64,000 nucleotides of DNA from assembly GCA_965222075.1 (NCBI GenBank), contig OZ244937.1, positions 416,001 through 480,000 on the forward strand, written 5' to 3'. This document shows positions 46,622 through 57,384 of the stretch, piece by piece. Each line of letters opens with the position of its first letter. Within the stretch, counting starts at the first letter, position 1. The stretch comes from Candidatus Latescibacterota bacterium. Lineage in GTDB: Bacteria; Latescibacterota; UBA2968; GCA-2709665. The notes beneath the pieces are model-generated. The model was not told the origin of the DNA. It was given only the letters and a program-made list of their open reading frames with translations, and searched no databases. The position numbers and the translations under genes were made by a program.

Positions 46622-47576
46622 GGTGACGGCGGTGGTTGTGAACTGGAATGCGGGCAAGCACCTGGTTCGGTGCGTGGAGGCGCTGCTGGCCGAACGCGGG
46701 CGCCTGGACCTGGAGGTGGTGGTGGTGGACAACGCCTCGTCGGACGGCAGCTTGCAGGGGCTGGACCGCTTTGGAAAAGGCGTGCGGCAGATCCAGACCG
46801 GGGAAAATCTGGGGTTCGGGCGGGGGGTCAACCGGGGGGTGGCGCTGTCGGAGGGGGCCTATGTGGCGGTGTTGAATCCGGATGTGGTCCTGCGGCCGGG
46901 CGCGCTGGAGCGGATGGTGGGCGTTCTGGAAGGGGAGGACCGGGCAGGTCTGGTTGGACCCCGCCTTTTCGACGCCACAGGGCGGGTGCGGGCGTCGTGC
47001 GGGATGGGGCCGAAGCTGGCCGATGAGATTTGCCGTAAATTCTTGTTGCATCTTGTTTTCCCTTTTTTTATCTTCCGTTGCCAACGCCCCGGAACGCTGA
47101 AAGAGGTCGGCTGGGTGACGGGGGCCTGTTTTGTGGCCCGGCGGCAGGCCCTGGAGGCGGTGGGGGGGATGGATGAGGCGATTTTTATGTATTATGAAGA
47201 TGTGGACCTCTGTCTGCGGATGCGGCAGGCCGGGTGGGGGGTGTTTTACATGCCCGGGGCGGAGGGGATGCACGTTGGGAGCGAGAGTTCAAGACAGGCC
47301 TTTGAACGGATGCTTTTGGCGAGCGAGGCGAGTTATACCTACTTTGTAAAGAAGCACTTCGGCAGGGGCGCCGCTGCGCTGCTGTGGGCACTCACACCGC
47401 TGGAGATGGGGTTGCGGTCCCTGCTTTGGGGCACCCTCTATCTGACGGCATCCGGCCGCCGCGAGGAGGCCCGGGCGAGATTGAGGGCTTACCGGACGAT
47501 GCTGAGGCAAGGGGGCGATCCGACGTTGGCCTCCGGCTCTACGGGGATCGGCGCCGATGTGGAGGACGTTTTATGA
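46611..47576 (+). CDS. Glycosyltransferase family 2
   Basis: VVDNASSDGS, NLGFG..VN, LNPD, FMYYEDVDLC. Confidence 0.9.
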   Translation: MAHEVTAVVVNWNAGKHLVRCVEALLAERGRLDLEVVVVDNASSDGSLQGLDRFGKGVRQIQTGENLGFGRGVNRGVALSEGAYVAVLNPDVVLRPGALERMVGVLEGEDRAGLVGPRLFDATGRVRASCGMGPKLADEICRKFLLHLVFPFFIFRCQRPGTLKEVGWVTGACFVARRQALEAVGGMDEAIFMYYEDVDLCLRMRQAGWGVFYMPGAEGMHVGSESSRQAFERMLLASEASYTYFVKKHFGRGAAALLWALTPLEMGLRSLLWGTLYLTASGRREEARARLRAYRTMLRQGGDPTLASGSTGIGADVEDVL

Positions 47577-48706
47577 TTCCGATTTTTCGACCCTGTTTTG
47601 GGGAAGAGGAGGTGGAGGCCGTCCGGGAGGTATTGCTGTCGGGGTGGGTCGGCCCGGGACCGAAGGTCGAGGCGTTGGAGGAGCAGTTTGCCAGGTATGT
47701 GGGTACACGGTTTGCCATCAGCGTGAACTCCTGTTCTTCGGCGCTGCTGCTGGCGCTGAAGGCCTTAGAGGTCGAGGGGCGTGAGGTTATTACCACCTCG
47801 ATGACGTTTGTCTCCACCAACCATGCCATCCTTCAAAGCGGGGCCGAGCCGGTCTTTTGCGATATCGAGCCGGATACCCTGAACATTGCTCCCGAATCCG
47901 TAGCTGATCGGGTCTCCGACCGGACCTCGGCGATCCTGGTGGTGCACTACGGGGGCCATCCCTGCGATATGGACCCGATCCTGGAGATCGCCCAGGAGCG
48001 GGGTATCCCGGTGGTGGAGGATGCGGCGCACGCGTGCGGTGCGCGTTACAAGGGGCGGATGGTGGGCAGCCTGGGTCGCATCGGCTGTTTCAGCTTTCAG
48101 GCACAGAAGAACCTGACGACCTGCGACGGGGGGATGCTCACGACGGACGACGCAGCCCTTGCCGAGCGTTTGAAGCGGCTGAGCTGGATGGGGATTTCAA
48201 AGGGGACGTGGGATCGGTTTAAGGAGGGCGGCGGGCAGCGTCGGTGGAAATACGATGTCACCGAGGCCGGTTACAAGTTCTATATGAACGATCTGAACGC
48301 GGCGATCGGGCTGGTTCAACTGGGCAAGTTGGAATCCGCCAATGCACAGCGGCGGGAGATCGCCTCCCAGTATGGCAAGGCCTTTTCGGATCTGTCCTGG
48401 TTGCAGAAACCGGTGGTCAAGTCCTATGCCCGAAGCGCCTGCCACGCCTATGTGCCCCGTGTGGTGGACCGGGACGGACTGATCGACCACCTGCTGAGCC
48501 GCGACATCGATGCGAGCGTGCACTATTATCCGAACCACTTCTATCCGATTTACGCTCCCTATCGGCGCGATCTGCCGGTGACGGAGTCGGTCTGGCAGGA
48601 CCTGATCTCCCTGCCCCTGTATCCGGGTATGACCGGGGAGGAGGAGGGCCGGGTGATTGACGCTGTACGGTGTTTCCAGCCCAACGGCTCGCTCAAAGGG
48701 CCCTGA
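47573..48706 (+). CDS. DegT/DnrJ/EryC1/StrS aminotransferase
   Basis: EDAAHA, FSFQAQKNLTTCDGG. Confidence 0.92.
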   Translation: MIPIFRPCFGEEEVEAVREVLLSGWVGPGPKVEALEEQFARYVGTRFAISVNSCSSALLLALKALEVEGREVITTSMTFVSTNHAILQSGAEPVFCDIEPDTLNIAPESVADRVSDRTSAILVVHYGGHPCDMDPILEIAQERGIPVVEDAAHACGARYKGRMVGSLGRIGCFSFQAQKNLTTCDGGMLTTDDAALAERLKRLSWMGISKGTWDRFKEGGGQRRWKYDVTEAGYKFYMNDLNAAIGLVQLGKLESANAQRREIASQYGKAFSDLSWLQKPVVKSYARSACHAYVPRVVDRDGLIDHLLSRDIDASVHYYPNHFYPIYAPYRRDLPVTESVWQDLISLPLYPGMTGEEEGRVIDAVRCFQPNGSLKGP

Positions 48707-48720
48707 ACAGGGCTTGAGGT

Positions 48721-49719
48721 GTGGTCGTGTTGACCCTTACCTTTTTTCTGGTTGCCGCCTTTGCGGCCGCTCTTTGTCTGACCCCCCTTCTTCGGGCTGT
48801 TGCGCTTCGGACCGAACGCTTTGGACGTCCCGGAGACGACGGTTCTGTTCCGATTCCCCCCACCGGGGGGCTGGCGATCTTTCTCGCCACGTTTCTTCTG
48901 CTTCCCTTTTCTTCTCTTTCTTTTCCTACCGGGCTGTGGATCGGGACTTGTGGGATGGCCACGATCGGGTTTATAGATGACGTCCATCCGTTTTCTCCGG
49001 TTCAAAAGCTGGGCCTGCAAATCGCTGCTGTGGGAGCCGCAGTGGGGTTTGGGCTGCGTTTTGTCGTGGTCGATCACCCGGTTGTAGACGCCCTGCTGAC
49101 GGGGGTCTGGCTGATCTGGATGTGCAACGCCTTTAATGTGCTGGATATGGTAGACGGTCTGGCGGCCGGTGTCGGGGCGATTGCCGCGATGGGCCTGGCC
49201 GGGCTGGGGCTGGTCGTTCATGCGCCCCCTGTGGTGATTCTGGCCGCAGCGATGGTTGGCGGGTTTGGGGGATTTCTGGTCTACAATTCCCATCCGGCAC
49301 GGATCTATATGGGCGATACGGGGAGCCTTTTTGCCGGGTTTGCGCTGGGGGGCATGGCCGTGGAGGTCTCACAGGGCCTGCCCGGGGCGCAGGGTATTCT
49401 CTGCCCGCTGATTGTGCTGGGAATTCCTTCTTTTGAGGCGGCCTTTCTCTGTGTGGTCCGAAGGGGCAAGGGGCTGCCGATTATGCGGGCGAGCCGGGAC
49501 CATGTGGCGCAGCGCCTGGTGCAGATGGGGTATTCGGTCCGCGGCGCGGTCGGGCGGATGTACGCCATGGGTGGGCTGCTTGTCTTTTTGGGGATTACGG
49601 GCGCGGTCGGTCCGGCTGTGGCCTGCTGGGCGGTTTTCGGGTGCACGGCAGCCCTGGCGATGTGGGCCGGGGTGCGTCTGGCCAGGGTTGGCATGGAGCG
49701 CGATGGGGAGGGGGCATGA
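48721..49719 (+). CDS. MraY/WecA family polyprenyl-phosphate sugar-1-phosphate transferase
   Basis: GFIDD, NAFNVLDMVDGL, IYMGDTGS. Confidence 0.9.
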   Translation: MVVLTLTFFLVAAFAAALCLTPLLRAVALRTERFGRPGDDGSVPIPPTGGLAIFLATFLLLPFSSLSFPTGLWIGTCGMATIGFIDDVHPFSPVQKLGLQIAAVGAAVGFGLRFVVVDHPVVDALLTGVWLIWMCNAFNVLDMVDGLAAGVGAIAAMGLAGLGLVVHAPPVVILAAAMVGGFGGFLVYNSHPARIYMGDTGSLFAGFALGGMAVEVSQGLPGAQGILCPLIVLGIPSFEAAFLCVVRRGKGLPIMRASRDHVAQRLVQMGYSVRGAVGRMYAMGGLLVFLGITGAVGPAVACWAVFGCTAALAMWAGVRLARVGMERDGEGA

Positions 49720-51176
49720 AGGGTGGCCTGCGGCTTGCAACGGTCCGGGGGATCTCCTGGACAGGTCTGGCACAAGGCGCAGGATACCTGATCACCATGG
49801 GCACCCTGGGGCTGGCGGCCCGGTATTTAAGGCCCCAGGACTTCGGGGCAGAGATCGCGGTGGCTACGGTGGTGGGGGTATGGGTGATTGCCGCCGACCT
49901 GGGGCTGGGGCGGGCGCTGGTCCAGCGCTGGGATCTGACGCCTTCCCACCTGGCCGCGGCGCTCTGGATCGGTCTGATCACATCCTGTTTTTCCGCCGTC
50001 CTGCTCTGGCAGACTGCCCGGTTCTGGAGCAGGCTCTTTTTTGACGATCAGGTCGCCACGATCCTGCCGACGATGGGCTGGGGGCTGGTGTGCGCAGGTG
50101 TGGGGGCAGTGCCCCGGGCACAGATGGAGCGGGCGTTCCGGTTTGGACAACTGGCCGTTATCGATCTGTGCGCGTCGTTGCTGGGGGGAGGGACGCTGGT
50201 GGCCCTGGCCCTGCTGGAATACGGCGTCTGGAGCCTGGTGTGGGGCTACGTGGTGAGGAGCGGGGTGCTGGGGGTCGGTCCGTGGATGTTCTGTCCAGCG
50301 GTCCGGCGTTATCGTTTTGCCCTGCAGGATGCAAAGGATCTGCTCGGGTTCGGGACGAAGTGGGTCGGCTCGCGGCTGGTGGGCTACGCGCAGCAAAACT
50401 TAGACTATCTGCTGGTCGGGCGGTTCTTAGGCAGCGGGGCGCTGGGGTACTATTCCTTAGCCTACCGGTTGATCGCCTTTCCGCAGGTGCGCCTGGTGCA
50501 GGCGGTGGCGAAGGTGACCTTTCCGGCCTTTTCCGCGCTTCAGACAGATCTGCCCCGGTTGCGCGGGGCATATTTGAGCACCATCACCTATATCGCCCTG
50601 CTGGTTTTTCCGATGATGGCCGGTTTCTACGTTCTGGCCGATCCGGTTGTTGTGCTGGTTTACGGAGAAGAAAAAGCGCTTGCCGGTGGGATTCTGCCTC
50701 TGCTCTCGCCCGCCGGCGCAGTCAGGGCGGTGGCTTCCCCCGTCGGATTGATTTTTTCATCTTTGGGACGCACCGGGCTGGCCCTTATCTGGAATATCGG
50801 GGCCGCCCTTTTTATGCTGGGTGCGGTGCGGATGGGGGTTGTGGGCGGCGTTGAAGGCGTTGCGCTGGCCGTGAGCCTGGGGGCGGTGGTGCTCACCGGG
50901 GTTTCCCAAGCGATCGTCAACCGGATTGTGAACCTTCGGTTTGGGGACTACCTCAGGGCGCTGCGGCCTGCGGCGGTGTGCAGTGCGGTTATGGTGGGGG
51001 TCGTGGGATTCTACAGGTGGTTGTTGGCAGGACAGTTGCTCGATCTCGATCTGGTTGCCACGTGTGTTGTGCTGGGGGCCTGCGTCTACCTCCTTTCCTT
51101 CCGGCTGCTGGCACGAAAGACTTCCCGGGAGGCGCTGGATCTGGCAAGGCTGCTGTGGAAGCAGGCGGATGATTAA
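49716..51176 (+). CDS. Wzx flippase (WzxC-like)
   Basis: DLGLGRALVQ, GALGYYSLAY, TFPAFS. Multi-TM. Confidence 0.85.
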   Translation: MKGGLRLATVRGISWTGLAQGAGYLITMGTLGLAARYLRPQDFGAEIAVATVVGVWVIAADLGLGRALVQRWDLTPSHLAAALWIGLITSCFSAVLLWQTARFWSRLFFDDQVATILPTMGWGLVCAGVGAVPRAQMERAFRFGQLAVIDLCASLLGGGTLVALALLEYGVWSLVWGYVVRSGVLGVGPWMFCPAVRRYRFALQDAKDLLGFGTKWVGSRLVGYAQQNLDYLLVGRFLGSGALGYYSLAYRLIAFPQVRLVQAVAKVTFPAFSALQTDLPRLRGAYLSTITYIALLVFPMMAGFYVLADPVVVLVYGEEKALAGGILPLLSPAGAVRAVASPVGLIFSSLGRTGLALIWNIGAALFMLGAVRMGVVGGVEGVALAVSLGAVVLTGVSQAIVNRIVNLRFGDYLRALRPAAVCSAVMVGVVGFYRWLLAGQLLDLDLVATCVVLGACVYLLSFRLLARKTSREALDLARLLWKQADD

Positions 51177-51198
51177 CGTTCTACCGGGTAAAGCGCGT

Positions 51199-53193
51199 AT
51201 GTGCGGTTTGACGGGATTTCTGGGGCCCGAACAAAGCGATGACCTGGCCGATCTGGTTAGAGGCATGGCAGCGCCGCTCACCCCCCGTGGCCCGGACGAT
51301 TTCGGGGTGTGGACGGACGGTGCGGCCGGTGTTGCCCTGGGCCATTGTCGTTTGGCCATTCTCGACCTTTCTGCCCAAGGCCACCAACCCATGCATTCCG
51401 CATGCGGGCGCTATGTTCTGGTTGTCAACGGGGAGATCTACAATTTTAAGGTTTTGCGAGAGGAGTTAGAGGCTCTGGGCCATTCTTTCCGTGGCCGTTC
51501 GGATACAGAGGTGATGCTGGCGGCGATCGGTCAATGGGGCGTGGAAAGGGCCGTGGGACGCTTCAACGGCATGTTTGCTTTTGCGCTGTGGGACCGTCAC
51601 ACCCGAAAGCTGTACCTGGCCAGGGACAGGGTGGGCATCAAACCTTTATACTACGGTTGGATCGGCAAGGTCTTCGTGTTTGGGTCGGAGTTGAAGGCGA
51701 TCCGGGCACATCCGGAATTTCAGCGGGAGATTGACCGAAACGCTGCTGCGCTCTTGATGCGTTACACCTACATCCCTGCGCCCTGTTCCGTATACAAGGG
51801 GATCTACAAGCTTTTGCCCGGTACGATCTTAACCGTGACAGGTGACAGGGTCGCAAAGGGGGACGATTTTTCGCCTCACGCCTCACGCTGCGCCTCTGCG
51901 TGGGGGCCTGTGCCTTACTGGTCTGCGAGGGATAGCGTCGAGCAGGGGGTTGCCCACCCTTTCAAGGGCAGTGATGAAAAGGCGGTTGAACAGCTCGATC
52001 GCTTGCTGCGCGATGCGGTCGGTTTGCGCATGGTAGCAGACGTTCCTCTGGGGGCTTTTCTTTCGGGTGGGATCGATTCTTCGACGGTTGTTGCGCTTAT
52101 GCAGACACAGAGCGACCGGCCGGTGAGGACTTTTTCCATCGGGTTTAACGAAGCGGGGTACAATGAAGCGGTCTATGCCAAAGCGGTGGCCGGGCATCTG
52201 GGCACCGACCATACGGAGTTGTACGTGACTTCGAAAGAGATGTTGGGCGTGCTTTCCAGGCTGCCCACGTTATACGACGAACCGTTTGCCGATTCTTCAC
52301 AGATCCCGACGTTTCTGGTGTCGCAGCTGACCCGGCAACACGTGACGGTGAGCCTTTCCGGGGATGGGGGGGACGAACTCTTCTGCGGCTACGACCGCTA
52401 CGGTGTAAGCCGTATGCTCTGGCAGAAGACCCGGTGGTTGCCCAGGCCCATCCGGTGTACGGTATCCAGGGTCCTCTCGGCCCTGCCCACGTCCGCATGG
52501 GACCGGGCCTCCAGGTGGACGGCGCCGCTGTTCAACCAGCACGGGCATGCCGATCGGGTCAGCGACAAGCTCTACAAGCTGGCCGATGTGTTGGCCGAGG
52601 AGACGCCGGAAGCACTCTATCGCGAATTGGTCTCACACTGGGAGGACGCCCCTGCTCTTGTGCGGGGTGCGGTGGAACCAAAGACGGTTTTCACAGACTC
52701 CGAAGGGTGGGCGGACCTGCCTGACTTTACGCAGTGGATGATGTATCTGGATCTGGTCAGCTACTTGCCCTGCGATATCCTGACCAAGGTGGACCGGGCC
52801 AGCATGGGGGCAGGCTTAGAGGCCCGGGTGCCGCTGCTGGACCACCGGGTGGTCGCGTTCGCCTGGCGCGTGCCGATGTCGATGAAGGTCCGGGCCGGGC
52901 AGGGGAAGTGGCTGCTGCGGCAGGTTTTGTACAAATATGTGCCCAGGGAGCTGTTTGCGCGCCCGAAAATGGGGTTTGGCGTGCCTATCGGGACCTGGCT
53001 TCGGGGACCCTTGCGGGACTGGGCCGAGGGGTTATTGGATGAGCGGCGTTTGCGCAACGAGGGGATTTTCAACCCAAACCCACTACGCGAAAGGTGGGAC
53101 GAACACCTCTGTGGCAAGCGCAACTGGCAGCATGAGCTGTGGAGTGTGCTGATGTTTCAGGCCTGGCTGGAAGACCAGGCCGGGGCGTCCTGA
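51199..53193 (+). CDS. asnB: Asparagine synthase (glutamine-hydrolysing)-like amidotransferase
   Basis: MCG start, RGPD, NGEIYN, LSGGIDSS, SGDGGDE. Confidence 0.92.
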   Translation: MCGLTGFLGPEQSDDLADLVRGMAAPLTPRGPDDFGVWTDGAAGVALGHCRLAILDLSAQGHQPMHSACGRYVLVVNGEIYNFKVLREELEALGHSFRGRSDTEVMLAAIGQWGVERAVGRFNGMFAFALWDRHTRKLYLARDRVGIKPLYYGWIGKVFVFGSELKAIRAHPEFQREIDRNAAALLMRYTYIPAPCSVYKGIYKLLPGTILTVTGDRVAKGDDFSPHASRCASAWGPVPYWSARDSVEQGVAHPFKGSDEKAVEQLDRLLRDAVGLRMVADVPLGAFLSGGIDSSTVVALMQTQSDRPVRTFSIGFNEAGYNEAVYAKAVAGHLGTDHTELYVTSKEMLGVLSRLPTLYDEPFADSSQIPTFLVSQLTRQHVTVSLSGDGGDELFCGYDRYGVSRMLWQKTRWLPRPIRCTVSRVLSALPTSAWDRASRWTAPLFNQHGHADRVSDKLYKLADVLAEETPEALYRELVSHWEDAPALVRGAVEPKTVFTDSEGWADLPDFTQWMMYLDLVSYLPCDILTKVDRASMGAGLEARVPLLDHRVVAFAWRVPMSMKVRAGQGKWLLRQVLYKYVPRELFARPKMGFGVPIGTWLRGPLRDWAEGLLDERRLRNEGIFNPNPLRERWDEHLCGKRNWQHELWSVLMFQAWLEDQAGAS

Positions 53194-53241
53194 TGGCAGG
53201 CGCCTGGGGAGTTGAAAATTGGCCCAACCCTTCCCCAAGCT

Positions 53242-54276
53242 ATGTCCACCTATTACGAGCGTAAAATCCGATCCCTCAAGCGTATGTTCGATACCAGGGA
53301 TATCGTTTTAGAGTCCGACGCTGTGGTTGTAAACCATAAGCGATATCCGATTGTCGAGGATGTGATTGTTTTATCCGAGCCGGATCATTATACCGATTTT
53401 GTCAGGATGAAGATAGAACCTGAAACCGGGGTAGTTGACAACCAGGCGAAAGGTTCCGCAGGCCGCTTCGACGGTTCGTTGGCGTTTGCGGAGGAGGTCC
53501 GGTTCTCTTTTGGAGAGGAGTGGAAGGCTTACGGGGATATCTTGATTGAGCATGAAGAGGAGTTCTACCAGTATTTCGATCTTGTCGATTTGACGGCTTT
53601 GCACGATCTGCGCGTGTGCGACCTGGGCTGTGGAAACGGGCGCTGGAGTTACCATTTGAAAGGGATTTGCAAAGAGATTGTGCTCGTTGATTTTTCCGAT
53701 GCGATTTTTGTGGCAAGAAGGAATCTCTCCGATGCGGACAACTGCCTGTTTTTTATGTGCGATCTGAAGACCCTTCCGTTTAAGGAGAATTTTGTCGATT
53801 TCTTATTCTGTCTGGGCGTTTTGCACCACCTGCCTACCCCCTGCCTGGATGAGGTCCGCAATCTAAAAAGGTTTGCGCCTACCCTCCTTGTTTATCTTTA
53901 TTATTCTCTGGACAACCGGCCTGTCTATTTTCGTTTGCTCCTGAGAATGGTGACGCGCTTACGCTTGCGCGTTTCCAATGTCCGCAGCGCTGTTTTCAGG
54001 AAGCTGTTCGCCCGCGTCCTGGCGGTTTCGGTATACCTGCCGCTTATCTTTCTGGGGCATGTCCTGAAGTCCCTGGGGTTGGGCCGTTATGTTCCCCTGT
54101 TTGAAGTGTATTGCAATAAAAGCGTTCAACGGATTGCACAGGATGTTTACGACCGGTTTTTTACGGGTGTTGAGCAGCGGGTTTCCCGTCAGGATATTTT
54201 GGCGCTGCAGGATGCGTTTAAGCGTGTAGAAATATCGGACAATCTGCCCTATTATCACTTCCTCTGTGAGCAGTGA
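53242..54276 (+). CDS. Class I SAM-dependent methyltransferase
   Basis: DLGCGNGRW, GVLHH. Confidence 0.85.
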   Translation: MSTYYERKIRSLKRMFDTRDIVLESDAVVVNHKRYPIVEDVIVLSEPDHYTDFVRMKIEPETGVVDNQAKGSAGRFDGSLAFAEEVRFSFGEEWKAYGDILIEHEEEFYQYFDLVDLTALHDLRVCDLGCGNGRWSYHLKGICKEIVLVDFSDAIFVARRNLSDADNCLFFMCDLKTLPFKENFVDFLFCLGVLHHLPTPCLDEVRNLKRFAPTLLVYLYYSLDNRPVYFRLLLRMVTRLRLRVSNVRSAVFRKLFARVLAVSVYLPLIFLGHVLKSLGLGRYVPLFEVYCNKSVQRIAQDVYDRFFTGVEQRVSRQDILALQDAFKRVEISDNLPYYHFLCEQ

Positions 54277-54329
54277 TCGGGGCTTGAAACGGATTTTTTG
54301 CGAAAGCCGAACGGCTGTGGAGAGATCAC

Positions 54330-55169
54330 GTGCTGCCCAATTTTCTTATCATTGGCGCGCAAAAATGCGGCACCACCTGGCTTGCCTCCTTGCTCCGGCA
54401 ACATCCCGATGTGTACATGCCAGAAGCAGAGATTCACTTCTTTGATAAAGCGTGTAATTATGCCAGGGGTACAGATTGGTATGAAAGACATTTTGCAGGT
54501 GCCAGGGGTGAGAAGGCGATTGGAGAAAAGACCCCGGATTACTTCTGGGCCAATGGACAGGGTGGGGAAGGGCATTTGCCCAATGTGCATCAAAACATCC
54601 ACGACGTTTTGCCAGACGCAAAGTTGATCGTGGCTTTGAAAAATCCGGTCGATCGCGCCATTTCCGCTGTGAGACACATTATCCGAAGCGGCCGAATTTC
54701 ACCTTTTCACAAGATGGACGATTTGCTGGTCGGTGAAAAGAGGTACCTGCTGGAGGGGTACGGCGTTTTCGAGGTGGGGAAATTCCATACGCTGTTAAAG
54801 GCCTACCTGGAGTTGTTTGACCCCGGTCAAATCTTAATCCTTGTTTTTGAAGAGGACATCGTTGAAAATCCATCCCGTGGATTGAGGAAGGTCTGTGGGT
54901 TTTTGGACATCGAGTCCTCCTGGAGATTCTTAAACGTGGACGAAAAAGCGAATGCGTTCAACAGTTCAACATTGCACCTGACGGTCAAATACTACCTTCC
55001 CTTTCTATCCTCGCTCTCTCGACATCTGGAGGCATTTTTGCCTGCGGCCCAATATACGCCCAGCCGGCCGGTTACCGAGCACCTGTACCGTGTCTATGAA
55101 GCGGAAAACAAAAGGCTGTTTGCGCTTTTAAAAAGGCAACCGCCAAAATCGTGGTTGCCGCCTCTATAA
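54330..55169 (+). CDS. Sulfotransferase
   Basis: IIGAQKCGTT (PAPS-binding), GEKTPDY, KNPVDRAIS. Confidence 0.9.
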   Translation: MLPNFLIIGAQKCGTTWLASLLRQHPDVYMPEAEIHFFDKACNYARGTDWYERHFAGARGEKAIGEKTPDYFWANGQGGEGHLPNVHQNIHDVLPDAKLIVALKNPVDRAISAVRHIIRSGRISPFHKMDDLLVGEKRYLLEGYGVFEVGKFHTLLKAYLELFDPGQILILVFEEDIVENPSRGLRKVCGFLDIESSWRFLNVDEKANAFNSSTLHLTVKYYLPFLSSLSRHLEAFLPAAQYTPSRPVTEHLYRVYEAENKRLFALLKRQPPKSWLPPL

Positions 55170-55385
55170 GAAATGGCGCCCTATCGTCTGACGCCCATAG
55201 ATGTGACCCTATTTCGGGAATAAGATGTTGGTGGTCAATAAGTTATGTAAATCTTATGCGCGATGCCCCGTTTGGCTGCCCTGTCGCTTTTTTTTTTTAC
55301 GTTGTTAAGGGATATTTATTACCTGTTGATTTCTATGCAACCTATGATTATATTTGTGAGGCTTTAACCGTTCGGTTGGGCAGGG

Positions 55386-56267
55386 TTGCTTGCCTCACGG
55401 TATTTTTTGTATCTCAGGAATACGGGAAAGAGAGTTGTGGATTTTGGAAATGTTTGGAGTATAACCAAACCTTATATACCGAAAAAAGCGTTTCCGCTTA
55501 TTGTATTTTTCTACAGAACCTGCATGAGAATTCGCTGCTGGTACGTGGGCCTGTGGGATCAACGGCATATCAAACAGACCGGGTTTGACCGACTGCCCCC
55601 TGCGCCCCTTCGGTATCGGGTGCACGGTTCGCCCGGGGTTGATGGTTTTTTAAAGGTGGGTAAAAGATGCAGTCAAGATATAGAAGCCGGGCTTATGAAA
55701 ATCGGCAGAGATCCGGGTTCGTTTCAGCACGTTCTGGATTTTGGCTGCGGTTGTGGGCGTACGCTGATATGGTTTGCCAACCGTTCGCACGCGTCCCGGT
55801 TTTATGGGACAGACATTGACGCCGAGGCTATTTCCTGGTGCCACAGCAACCTTGATTTTGCCCGGTGTCGCGTTAACAAGCCGTTGCCGCCCCTGGAAGA
55901 TCCCCCGGAGACGTTCGACCTTATTTTCGCAATAACCGTGTTCACGCAACTCAACGAGGAGTATCAGTTTCGCTGGCTGGGTGAACTCAAACGGGTAGCC
56001 AAACCCAAAGGCATTCTGTTATTGACGGTTCATGGTGAGCATTGCTGGCAGGATCTCGATTGTGAAGTTGCTGCCCGGATAGAAAGAGATGGGTTCCTGT
56101 TCAAAACCTCAAATACGATGCAGGGTATTTTTCCCGAATGGTATCAAACCGCATATCATACCCGGGATTACATTTTCAATAGATACGCCGAATATTTCAC
56201 CATACTGGATTATATTCCAAGAGGTTTGAACAACCATCAGGATATTGTCACCCTTCAAAAGGCTTAA
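55386..56267 (+). CDS. Class I SAM-dependent methyltransferase (start uncertain)
   Basis: VLDFGCGCGR, GTDID, ELKRVAKPKG. Confidence 0.85.
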   Translation: MLASRYFLYLRNTGKRVVDFGNVWSITKPYIPKKAFPLIVFFYRTCMRIRCWYVGLWDQRHIKQTGFDRLPPAPLRYRVHGSPGVDGFLKVGKRCSQDIEAGLMKIGRDPGSFQHVLDFGCGCGRTLIWFANRSHASRFYGTDIDAEAISWCHSNLDFARCRVNKPLPPLEDPPETFDLIFAITVFTQLNEEYQFRWLGELKRVAKPKGILLLTVHGEHCWQDLDCEVAARIERDGFLFKTSNTMQGIFPEWYQTAYHTRDYIFNRYAEYFTILDYIPRGLNNHQDIVTLQKA

Positions 56268-56295
56268 AAGGAGAGATGCATCTGCGAAGGACCGA

Positions 56296-57375
56296 ATGCG
56301 GGTTTTTTTTGTCGCATTGAACGGGCCGCTGGTTGCGGCCAGCCGCACCCGGGTTTTCGATTATCTCCCTTTCTTAGAGGCCAAAGGGGTTGGTGTTGAT
56401 GTGGTTGTTGTCATCCCGGATCGGCTGTCCGCCTGGGTCGATTCGGGAGGACGGTTGCGCCGCCTGGTCTACTACCTGCTGGTGTTGTGGCGCTCGTTCC
56501 GGACTGGGCTACGGAGCGTCCGGGCTGCTTCAAGATACGATGTGGTTTTTATTCAGCGGGCGTTTTTCCCGTCTCCGGTGGCCTGGCTGCTTCGGTTTCG
56601 CCGCCGCAAGGTCGTTTTTGACTTCGACGATGCGATCTTTACCACAGAGGCTCCTGAAGAAGACCGGATGGCCCGGCTTCGGACCTGGCATCACCGGCAG
56701 GCGTTGCCCAGGATGCTGCGTGCGGCTCATCACACGATTGTGGAGAATACCTACACCGGCGCCTATGCAAAGCAGCACTGTCCGGAGGTTTCGATTATTA
56801 CCGGTCCAATCGATACGGAGCGGTACTGTCCAGGCATACGGGAAGCGCGGTTGGAGGTTGTACTGGGTTGGATCGGCACCCGAACTTCGGTGTCCTACCT
56901 GGAGTTGATTCGGGGGCCTCTTGCCGAATTGGGCCGTCGCTATGCCCACCTTCGGCTCTGCCTGATTGGGCCTGGGGGATTTGAGGTGGAGGAGGTGCGG
57001 ACGGTGTGGCGAAACTGGTCTTTGGAGACGGAGGTTGCAGACCTCCGGAGCTTTGATATCGGCCTGATGCCGGTGCCGGATGACGCCTGGACCCGAGGCA
57101 AGGGCGGGTATAAAATTCTTCAGTATTTCGCCATGGGACTTCCGGTTGTGGCGAGTCCGGTGGGAGTTAACCGAGAGATTGTGGAGGATGGGCTCAACGG
57201 GTTTCTGGCAGCGGGCGATGCCGAGTGGGTCGACCGCTTAGAGAGACTCATTCTTGCTCCGCAGTTGTGCCGACGGATGGGAGAGGCAGGATGCCGGAAG
57301 ATGGAGGCATGCTATTCCCTCAACCGGAGCAGCCGGCGGCTCCTGCGCATCCTGGAATCTGTTGTGGACGGGTAA
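56296..57375 (+). CDS. Glycosyltransferase family 4
   Basis: DFDDAI, GKGGYKILQY, LPVVASPVG. Confidence 0.88.
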   Translation: MRVFFVALNGPLVAASRTRVFDYLPFLEAKGVGVDVVVVIPDRLSAWVDSGGRLRRLVYYLLVLWRSFRTGLRSVRAASRYDVVFIQRAFFPSPVAWLLRFRRRKVVFDFDDAIFTTEAPEEDRMARLRTWHHRQALPRMLRAAHHTIVENTYTGAYAKQHCPEVSIITGPIDTERYCPGIREARLEVVLGWIGTRTSVSYLELIRGPLAELGRRYAHLRLCLIGPGGFEVEEVRTVWRNWSLETEVADLRSFDIGLMPVPDDAWTRGKGGYKILQYFAMGLPVVASPVGVNREIVEDGLNGFLAAGDAEWVDRLERLILAPQLCRRMGEAGCRKMEACYSLNRSSRRLLRILESVVDG

Positions 57376-57384
57376 TAGAACGCT

